IMG/VR virus record: IMGVR_UViG_3300036791_000069
Location: 1-52,124 of that record
DNA: 52,124 bases
From: a virus
Lineage: Duplodnaviria > Caudoviricetes
Reading direction: 5' to 3' (one strand)
Positions 20,104-26,808 of this stretch are shown here, in pieces. How positions within the stretch are numbered: the first letter of the stretch is position 1; each line of letters starts with the position of its first letter. A program made the position numbers and the translations under genes. The notes under the pieces were generated by a model, which saw only the letters and a list, made by a program, of their open reading frames with translations, was not told where the DNA came from and made no database searches.

Positions 20104-20430
20104 TTACCACCAGTGTGTAATAGTACGCTGTTGCATCATTTCATCGATAAGCCTTTTACGTTCTTTTTCTCTATCTTCGTTTGATGTGGTGTCAACGCGT
20201 ATTGTCCTGAAGGTTGGACTACTCATCTTAAGTTCAACGTCTTCGTGGCGTTGTTCAGGTATGCAAGGTAGCTCTCTGTATTTCTTAATACGACTTATTG
20301 TCCATGTTGACAAATTAAGTTTTGCGCTTATTTGCTTGTTACTTAATCCTTCAGCACGACAAATCCTAAGGTTTTGTATTCGCCAATTTTTCACTTCATC
20401 AGTTAATTTATTCAAGCTGCTTTCCTCCAC
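20104..20430 (-). CDS. Helix-turn-helix protein
   Basis: 'EGLSNKQISAKLNLSTWTISRI'. Confidence 0.6.
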   Translation of the reverse strand: MEESSLNKLTDEVKNWRIQNLRICRAEGLSNKQISAKLNLSTWTISRIKKYRELPCIPEQRHEDVELKMSSPTFRTIRVDTTSNEDREKERKRLIDEMMQQRTITHWW

Positions 20431-20867
20431 TGCACACGATTACCGGCAACTCTCCAATAGAATTCCCACATCGGACACCAACGTGACAAGCCATCGATAA
20501 CACCACGGTGACATTCACAACGATAAATCCAATAACCGATGCTTGGATTTCCGCCACATACACCAACAGCAGTACATGGCAATATTTCAGTGTGATCGTT
20601 CATTAAATCGTGTACGCGTTCTCCAACGAAATCATGCACGTTGATAGTTGGTTTCACTTCAACAAGCAAAGACAACGAAAAACCACCATGCAAATTGGGC
20701 AGATATACGCGAAAGTCAGGAATCCAACCATTGCACGAATCAAGTGGTTCGTATTCCCAACCCCAATTCAGAAGATCGAAGAACGCCGCATAACGTGCTT
20801 CCAAGCGTGACCGAAAGTTAACAGCGGCGTAGGTAGTTGGCATCGCACTGATGTTGTAGACGATCAT
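20412..20867 (-). CDS. PD-(D/E)XK family nuclease
   Basis: 'FRSRLEARYA.FFD', 'WEYEP', 'IPDF', 'VEVKP'; GGAGG RBS before ATG 20867. Confidence 0.72.
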   Translation of the reverse strand: MIVYNISAMPTTYAAVNFRSRLEARYAAFFDLLNWGWEYEPLDSCNGWIPDFRVYLPNLHGGFSLSLLVEVKPTINVHDFVGERVHDLMNDHTEILPCTAVGVCGGNPSIGYWIYRCECHRGVIDGLSRWCPMWEFYWRVAGNRVQWRKAA

Positions 20868-20980
20868 AAAGTGTGTTTCCTCCATCTGAGAAGAAATAGA
20901 ACCACACCTAAAATCGGCACGCAAGTGACATTATCGAACATTTTGATTTTTAGTGAAAATGTTCAAAATGTTCAAAATGT

Positions 20981-21238
20981 TTAATCTGCGTGTTTTACTG
21001 CTCCAAACTCCCGCATTTCTAAACAAGTTTCCAATGCATCGTGCAGCTTTAATGCCGGTGCAGTGTGGATGTTCTTGAGAATCCAATACGCGATGACTTC
21101 AACGCTTGTCATATCTTGCTCGACTAGCGTGAATGTGCGTTGGTTACGCGCCTTTGCTCTGGCGTGGACTTGGGAATCGTTGTCGTTCTCACTCAGTTGG
21201 AACATGTTCAGACTCCGTTGGATGGGTGTCCTTTTCAT
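20981..21238 (-). CDS. Hypothetical protein (85 aa)
   Basis: Co-oriented, in the same operon; 'FTLVEQD...VIAYW...A...M...KHAD'. Confidence 0.5.
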   Translation of the reverse strand: MKRTPIQRSLNMFQLSENDNDSQVHARAKARNQRTFTLVEQDMTSVEVIAYWILKNIHTAPALKLHDALETCLEMREFGAVKHAD

Positions 21239-21704
21239 CGGATTGTTTGTTGATTACATTTGCAACTTCTCTAAAAACAGCGTGTAACCCTTTGAATTGC
21301 GCGAGATGCTGATATTGTGCATACTTCCGCTGAAAGTATTTTAGTTCTTTCAACGCATCGGCTAACAATTGGTCTCTGAAAACTGGTCGTGCTATAACAT
21401 TCGCAAGGGAACGATATCCACCACCGGTCTCTTCTCTGTCAGGAGTTAGAGAACAAAACACACGTACTAACTCGTCTCGATTGCTGCCGTTGTTTGGTTC
21501 AACGTATTCGACAACTGCACGAATTAATTGTCGTGCTTCCCATAAGCGGCACTTTCGCGCTGCTTCGGTGTCATCCCAAGTAAAACGATCATGTAAGGGT
21601 GAATCCGGAGGACGCGCAGCATCTACAACATCTTCAGCGCGAAGAATGCCGTGTTTAACTTCAAGGTTGCGCAGTTCCGTTATGACATATTGGTTGTTTA
21701 TCAT
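21189..21704 (-). CDS. Conserved phage protein coupled to the RAMP-like gene
   Basis: ATGA overlap at 21701-21704; 'VVDAARPPDSPLHDRFTWDDTEAA...EARQLIR'. Confidence 0.7.
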   Translation of the reverse strand: MINNQYVITELRNLEVKHGILRAEDVVDAARPPDSPLHDRFTWDDTEAARKCRLWEARQLIRAVVEYVEPNNGSNRDELVRVFCSLTPDREETGGGYRSLANVIARPVFRDQLLADALKELKYFQRKYAQYQHLAQFKGLHAVFREVANVINKQSDEKDTHPTESEHVPTE

Positions 21705-22408
21705 TTTGTTTCTCCATCATGGTACAGTTCGTGAACATCGAATAACCCCCAACCCATCCCAGTTGATTTTACTGAACCGGGCCGTCCTGCTAGAATGCCA
21801 ACCTGTTTGCCAACTCGCGCAATCAAATTAACAATATCCTCTAGCGAGAACTTGTCATTATCAAATGTCACGCGAAGATCGCATTCCCATTCATGCCAAA
21901 TTGGACGGCATCGAATGTCAATAACGTTATTAGCGTTCTTAACATAATTACGAAGAGGTTCGGGAATACCTTTCGTAATTCGTACAAGTGGACTACCGTC
22001 GTCTTTGTCGTACCCATCAGCTTCTACAAATAATACTAGTTTAGCTAACACCATTGTAAATCCGCCCAAGCGACACGCTGCTATTGCACTACCGCGAAAA
22101 GCAGTGCAAGGAATACCACACCATCCGTCTCTGCTAACATGCTTTGCACTTTCGTAAAGTTCGTTGAAATCCTTTGGCTGCCGATTGTTTTTGTTTTTAC
22201 TTCTGCCGCCTTCAGACTGAGACGCCTCTAAATCATCCTGTGTTTTTTGAGATAGTTTGTTCATAACCAACGGAGACGTACCGGCAATGTGCATTCTTAC
22301 GGTGCGAAACGCTGGAGGAGTGACTTTAATTTCCTCTCCATACTTTGACTTTTTGCCGCCATTGTGTGTTGTAAGCGGCACATCGGTTGTTAATGCGTAA
22401 TCACTCAT
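21701..22408 (-). CDS. Stand-alone RAMP / Cas7-like RNA-binding protein (235 aa)
   Basis: AAGGGAG RBS before ATG 22408; RAMP hallmarks: 'MHIAGTSPLVM', 'GIPCTAFRGS', C-terminal Gly-rich loop 'GKQVGILAGRPGSVKSTGMGWGLFDV'. Confidence 0.75.
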   Translation of the reverse strand: MSDYALTTDVPLTTHNGGKKSKYGEEIKVTPPAFRTVRMHIAGTSPLVMNKLSQKTQDDLEASQSEGGRSKNKNNRQPKDFNELYESAKHVSRDGWCGIPCTAFRGSAIAACRLGGFTMVLAKLVLFVEADGYDKDDGSPLVRITKGIPEPLRNYVKNANNVIDIRCRPIWHEWECDLRVTFDNDKFSLEDIVNLIARVGKQVGILAGRPGSVKSTGMGWGLFDVHELYHDGETK

Positions 22409-22459
22409 TTGACAACTCTCCCTTGTTTGAAGATTTACTCGCACCTGAACTTTTGAAAC

Positions 22460-22514
22460 ACCTGACCGAACTCCACCTCACCGGACCATGCCGTACCTAA
22501 CGACACCTAACTCC
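22460..22514 (-). ncRNA. (NN-GGY)n pentamer array E, 11 units, putative guide RNA
   Basis: Plus strand: acctg accga actcc acctc accgg accat gccgt accta acgac accta actcc. Confidence 0.72.
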
Positions 22515-22547
22515 AAATTCATTCAATACCTATAGATAAAGTAAAAG

Positions 22548-22602
22548 TCCTGACCTCACCCAACCTGACCGCACCGGACCAGACAGAACCGTACCGGACT
22601 CC
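22548..22602 (-). ncRNA. (NN-GGY)n pentamer array D, 11 units
   Basis: Plus strand: tcctg acctc accca acctg accgc accgg accag acaga accgt accgg actcc. Confidence 0.72.
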
Positions 22603-22629
22603 AACTCTCTATTACATCTTTTTAATCAA

Positions 22630-22700
22630 ACCAGACTCCACCTGCTATTGTTAATTCCATACCTTACTCAACACAACCTGAACACACCGCACCATAACGC
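22630..22700 (-). ncRNA. Degenerate (NN-GGY)n array C (9 units, 22656-22700) plus a 3-unit fragment (22630-22644)
   Basis: Plus strand: accag actcc acctg ... tccat acctt actca acaca acctg aacac accgc accat aacgc. Confidence 0.55.
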
Positions 22701-22726
22701 AACTTAATATGTTACGACGTTATAAA

Positions 22727-22791
22727 TCCGCACCGCACCGCACCCAACTTCACCCTACGACACCTCACCGCACTCCACCGTACCGGACCGT
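22727..22791 (-). ncRNA. (NN-GGY)n pentamer array B, 13 units
   Basis: Plus strand: tccgc accgc accgc accca acttc accct acgac acctc accgc actcc accgt accgg accgt. Confidence 0.72.
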
Positions 22792-22804
22792 AAACTTGAT
22801 CATT

Positions 22805-22859
22805 GCCAGACTCGGCCTTACCACACCCTACTGCACCAGACCAAACCGAACCTTACGAA
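22805..22859 (-). ncRNA. (NN-GGY)n pentamer array A, 11 units
   Basis: Plus strand: gccag actcg gcctt accac accct actgc accag accaa accga acctt acgaa; starts right after the helicase stop. Confidence 0.72.
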
Positions 22860-22860
22860 A

Positions 22861-24450
22861 TTAAAATTCGCATTTAACAACTTTTGGATAGCGTTTGTTT
22901 ACGTCAACCCAAATCTGTCTTGGTACGGCCAACTTAGAACACCAATTTAGTGCTTCGTTGACTGTTGGTGGTGCATTGTCTGAACCCATTCTATGCCGCC
23001 ACCATGCTGTTGCCATTCCACTAGCTCTACCGGGATGCTCCAAGCAAACGATTTCGTCAAACGATCTAATCCCACAAACATAATTGACTTTCAATATATC
23101 GAAACCGTTGCTGGCGAATTTGTTGTACAACACTCGATCCACTCGGAATTGTTGGACCAGTGGAACATCAGTTCGTACCAATTCGTCTGTCCCCGCTGAA
23201 GCATTAATGTGAATCTGCCGGGGAAAAGTGAATCCGCATACAAAGCAAACGGTTGCACTGGCGTGATTGTAAGCGCCACATTGATCACAAATCCTGATGG
23301 GTGCGACACCAGCAGGACCGTTCTTTCTTCGTCTTGGAATAACTGGATCATTGATCGGTCCTAACCGTGGTGTGTTACCGGCAAAGTCTAAGCAAAGGCA
23401 ATCTTGCTTCTGCGTTTCTAACGATGGTCTCGTTCCACGTCCCAACATCTGTACCCACAAGCCGGTGCTTATTGTCGGACGCATCATCACAATCAAGTCG
23501 ATTGGAGGATGATCAAAACCAGTAGTGAGAATATTATTAGTAACAGCACAACGATACTTGCCTGTACGAAACTCAGCGATTCTTGTGTCTCGCTCATTGG
23601 GGTCCAACTTTGAATGAATCGTTTTCGATGGGATGCCAAAGTTATTTAGCATCTGTGCAACGTGTTCCGCGTGATTAATTCCGCTGGCAAATGTCAACCA
23701 ACAGTTGCGGTCTGATCCAAACTCCATAGCCTCTTGGCAAGCGTTGTACGTGACTCCGTGGTGATCGACAGCTTGTTCTAATTCACCTTTGTTGTAGTCT
23801 CCATTCTGAATTGAGACTTTTGATAGATCGAACGTGGTGTTGGTGCGTTTGGGAATCAACATGCACATATAGCCTTCATCGATCAGCTTGTTGAACTGCC
23901 GCATGTTGGTATAGTCACAAACAATATCCGTGAACAATCCAGATTCAGTTAACAATCCGCTGCCGGTCCGGTACGGTGTAGCAGTGAAGCCAATCACTTT
24001 CAAGAGTGGATTCAATGCTTTCAGGCGTGTTACAACGTCGCCATACATCGAATCATCCCTGCCACTCATTAGGTGCGCTTCATCCACTATCATCAAATCG
24101 AAGCGTCCAAGCACATCCAGTGAATTAACTACTGTCCCTATCCCACCAAATATAATTGGCCAGTTGTGCTCTCTTTTTCTTAAACCAGCGGAGTAAATAC
24201 CGTAAGGTGCGCATGGCCAAATCTCCACTAACTTATTGCTGTTTTGTTTAATCAATTCCTTGACGTGAGTCAACACTAAGATGCGTGTGCCGGGGAAACG
24301 TTCTAACGCATGTTGAACAAACCATCCAATGACAAGACTCTTCCCGGTACCAGTGGGAAGCGCCACCACCGGATTTCCAGTCTTGCCACGCATGAAGTAA
24401 TTCCACAACGATTCTTCTGCGTCAAGCTGATAAGGACGTGGAACTAACAT
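22861..24450 (-). CDS. Superfamily 2 DEAH helicase with C-terminal zinc finger (RadD-like)
   Basis: 'PTGTGKS', 'DEAH', 'TATPYR', 'QMLGRGTR', CxxC pairs. Confidence 0.92.
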   Translation of the reverse strand: MLVPRPYQLDAEESLWNYFMRGKTGNPVVALPTGTGKSLVIGWFVQHALERFPGTRILVLTHVKELIKQNSNKLVEIWPCAPYGIYSAGLRKREHNWPIIFGGIGTVVNSLDVLGRFDLMIVDEAHLMSGRDDSMYGDVVTRLKALNPLLKVIGFTATPYRTGSGLLTESGLFTDIVCDYTNMRQFNKLIDEGYMCMLIPKRTNTTFDLSKVSIQNGDYNKGELEQAVDHHGVTYNACQEAMEFGSDRNCWLTFASGINHAEHVAQMLNNFGIPSKTIHSKLDPNERDTRIAEFRTGKYRCAVTNNILTTGFDHPPIDLIVMMRPTISTGLWVQMLGRGTRPSLETQKQDCLCLDFAGNTPRLGPINDPVIPRRRKNGPAGVAPIRICDQCGAYNHASATVCFVCGFTFPRQIHINASAGTDELVRTDVPLVQQFRVDRVLYNKFASNGFDILKVNYVCGIRSFDEIVCLEHPGRASGMATAWWRHRMGSDNAPPTVNEALNWCSKLAVPRQIWVDVNKRYPKVVKCEF

Positions 24451-24679
24451 TACAGTGCTCGCGTCTCGCTTGAATCTTTTCTAATTGAGTTTTACTAATC
24501 ACACCGGCACTATTGCACATATAGCAGGTAGCGATGTGCCAAAGAGCAGTGGGATGTGGCAGCAATCCGCATCCTTTGCAAACTGGACATGCAACAGTCC
24601 ATTTGTCGATTGGCATTCCCATTGCTGCACTGTAAGCAACGTTGTAGGAGTATTGTTCTTGTTTAAATAACATACCCAC
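24422..24679 (-). CDS. Small zinc-finger protein (DnaJ-type CxxCxGxG)
   Basis: 'CPVCKGCG', 'CYMCNSAG'. Confidence 0.6.
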   Translation of the reverse strand: MGMLFKQEQYSYNVAYSAAMGMPIDKWTVACPVCKGCGLLPHPTALWHIATCYMCNSAGVISKTQLEKIQARREHCNVSSTSLSA

Positions 24680-24687
24680 AAATCCCC

Positions 24688-24900
24688 CTATTGAACCATC
24701 GTGGTTAGTATTGCTGCCTCAATTCTCGCGTCAAGCCAATGCTTGATTACGCTTTCCGGCCATCGGGCAGCAGCCGTTCTGCCGCTGCCAGTAGGCTTGA
24801 CAGGTTTGGGGAAGGTTCCGGCTTGAATGCAACGATAGATCGTGCTTCGACTCAAGCCGGTAGCTGCCTTTACGTGGTGAATGTTAATTAGCTTTTCCAT
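24688..24900 (-). CDS. AlpA-family regulator / excisionase
   Basis: 'TGLSRSTIYR...GTFPKPVK...RWPES.I..W'. Confidence 0.85.
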   Translation of the reverse strand: MEKLINIHHVKAATGLSRSTIYRCIQAGTFPKPVKPTGSGRTAAARWPESVIKHWLDARIEAAILTTMVQ

Positions 24901-25566
24901 TTACTTTGCCCAAGGTGGCATTGACCCTTGCGGTGCGATTGGCTGTTGTGGTGCCGCTTGAGCATTGGCCCAAGGGGGCGGGGGAGGACCACCGGGCGCG
25001 GCAGTGGCAGCAACCATCGGCGGCGGGGCAGGAGCAGCTTGCGATGCCCAAGGCGGGGCGGCAGGGGCGCTTTGCGCGTAGTGTGCCGGGGGTGGTGCTG
25101 CCGGTGCTTGTGGTGCCGGTGGCGCGGCGGCAGCTTGTGCTTGTTGTCCCGGTGCCTGTTGTCGTGTAGGCATCGATCCATCCATGCACTTCACTACCTT
25201 TACTTCGCTGTACTTGCTGTCATCAGTTTGTGGTCCGATGGTGACGATACAACGACCACCAATTAAATCGTTGGTGTCCTGCACGAATGGCCGGTTGATG
25301 GCGAATGCATACGCTGCTAGTTGCCGGTGCGCAATCTGCTTTGCTACTTCGCTGGTGTGGAAAATGTTTAATCTATCTTTCTGCACCATACCGCGAAGAT
25401 CACCATCAGTCACGGTAAGTGCCAACTCAAGATATCCGGCGGAAGGATTGTCTTTTACAACCTTTGGTTCCGCGCCAGTTATCTCAATTCTGTAATCCGC
25501 TAGTGGAAAGCAAATCGCTCCACCTTGCGACGGGTCGAAGTCATACGCGTTGAATTGAAGTTGCAT
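24901..25566 (-). CDS. DUF669-like single-stranded DNA-binding protein
   Basis: OB-like N-terminal domain with a Pro/Ala/Gln tail ending 'PPWAK'; next to Sak4-like ATPase. Confidence 0.7.
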   Translation of the reverse strand: MQLQFNAYDFDPSQGGAICFPLADYRIEITGAEPKVVKDNPSAGYLELALTVTDGDLRGMVQKDRLNIFHTSEVAKQIAHRQLAAYAFAINRPFVQDTNDLIGGRCIVTIGPQTDDSKYSEVKVVKCMDGSMPTRQQAPGQQAQAAAAPPAPQAPAAPPPAHYAQSAPAAPPWASQAAPAPPPMVAATAAPGGPPPPPWANAQAAPQQPIAPQGSMPPWAK

Positions 25567-25579
25567 CGTGTAATCCTCT

Positions 25580-26251
25580 CTAAATTGTTGCCTTTTTAAA
25601 TACGTTGGTTAAGTCTGGATACTCGATCACATCAAGGGTTCCGCTTCGATCTTTGGACAACCAATTTAGATTTGATTGAGTATGCAGTCCGGTGTACCGC
25701 TTGCCGGTGGTTGGATCATTGCCGACAAACATATGGAGAACCAAATCAAAAAAGTACGGCACTTGAAGTTGCAATTTCTCTGATGGCATCAGGGGAGTTG
25801 CACAACGTGCCATACCGATTTCGATGAACATTTCCTTTGCTACCATCACAACATTCTTGCCGGGGATATCCCGAAAGTTGCGCACCAGTTTGTACATCTG
25901 CTGTTGTGTTTCCCCGTATGCGCGGCGGGGATCGTTGTTCTTTCTCAACTCTTCTGCCAAGACAATCTCTGCAATCTCAGATAAAGAATCGAGACCGAAG
26001 GTTTTGAAGCGTTTTGCTTCTGCGCTGGTACTCACTGCCCACTGGTACGCTTCGGTGAGCAGCTTGTAACTGGATACTTCGATGAACGCAACTTTCTCTT
26101 TGCGTAGCGAAAGTAATCCGCTCTCCGCAGACAATATAAGCGGGTCTGGAGCAGTTGAAAGTAAACGTGTCTTACCGATGCCCGATGCACCAAACAAACA
26201 CGTCTTGACACCATAGTCATACTTGATTTGGTTCGTGTAATTGATTTGCAT
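25580..26251 (-). CDS. AAA_24 / Sak4-like ATPase (recombinase)
   Basis: Walker A 'GASGIGKT', 'AESGLLSL', 'DSLSEIAE', 'KDRSG'. Confidence 0.85.
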   Translation of the reverse strand: MQINYTNQIKYDYGVKTCLFGASGIGKTRLLSTAPDPLILSAESGLLSLRKEKVAFIEVSSYKLLTEAYQWAVSTSAEAKRFKTFGLDSLSEIAEIVLAEELRKNNDPRRAYGETQQQMYKLVRNFRDIPGKNVVMVAKEMFIEIGMARCATPLMPSEKLQLQVPYFFDLVLHMFVGNDPTTGKRYTGLHTQSNLNWLSKDRSGTLDVIEYPDLTNVFKKATI

Positions 26252-26648
26252 TCGGTGCTATCAGTTCTAAGCTAGGTTTAGATGGTTTAATCGTCAGAAC
26301 GGGCGTGAACAAATTCCGCATTGGTTCATCTAGTTTGCGAAATAGGGATAAGTTAAGATCGGGTTTCCATCGAATCAGGTTTTGTGTAATCACAGAAGGT
26401 AACGTTTGAAGGATGTTCACCAATCCATCGTTCGCGTTCGACAGATTGTATGACAACTTTCTCGTTACTTTTAATTTCCACTCACCGCTTAATATAAGTG
26501 TGTCCGTTCCTTCTGTCTTGCTTGAATCGAACAACCCTTTAACTAACGTGTCTCTAAGTTCGCTTTCTTTCTGTTGCCAATGCTTCAATTGCTCTTTCGC
26601 TTCATTCCACTCTTGTAGCAATGTTAGTTTCTGTGCATCCAGATTCAT
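26217..26648 (-). CDS. Hypothetical recombination-module protein
   Basis: Coiled-coil N-terminus; first gene of the leftward operon. Confidence 0.6.
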   Translation of the reverse strand: MNLDAQKLTLLQEWNEAKEQLKHWQQKESELRDTLVKGLFDSSKTEGTDTLILSGEWKLKVTRKLSYNLSNANDGLVNILQTLPSVITQNLIRWKPDLNLSLFRKLDEPMRNLFTPVLTIKPSKPSLELIAPNANQLHEPNQV

Positions 26649-26673
26649 CTAAGTTCTGCCTGTCCACAAACGC

Positions 26674-26702
26674 AACCTACCCCTGTTCCCAATTTGTGTC
26701 AA
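26674..26702 (-). promoter_or_regulatory. Sigma70-type promoter for the leftward replication operon
   Basis: TTGACA-17 nt-TAGGTT on the minus strand. Confidence 0.6.
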
Positions 26703-26717
26703 GCACAAAATTTTGCC

Positions 26718-26746
26718 TTGATTGAATTTCAGACCGGGAGTATCGT
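26718..26746 (+). promoter_or_regulatory. Divergent sigma70-type promoter for the primase
   Basis: TTGATT-17 nt-TATCGT. Confidence 0.5.
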
Positions 26747-26808
26747 GGGGGCGCGGAGACTCCGGGGTTCGCTGATATTTAATTAAAAATATAAGAGTTA
26801 GGAACCAA

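Noticed and set aside
22409-22444. GTG start at 22444 for the RAMP-like gene
   Set aside because: ATG at 22408 has a clear AAGGGAG RBS; the extension has none.
22460-22859. Classical CRISPR array, simple microsatellite or repeat-protein gene
   Set aside because: There are no 23-47-nt identical repeats with spacers. Variation is concentrated at two of every five positions, and the ORF track shows no ORF of 60 aa or more over the arrays.
22460-22859. Reading NN strings as codon prefixes gives protein-like peptides (e.g. TPTGAEVREWAAA, GYVYTIPEGSQ)
   Set aside because: Almost any dinucleotide string can be read this way, and the reverse complements read equally well, so it is not evidence of a target.
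22861-24450. Helicase as a Cas3/DinG-like part of the RAMP system
   Set aside because: It has no HD domain and fits the ordinary replication module alongside PolB, clamp, SSB and Sak4. Adjacency is probably just the insertion site.
24884-25266. Several overlapping ORFs on both strands
   Set aside because: Shadows of the GC-rich Pro/Ala tail of the SSB-like gene.
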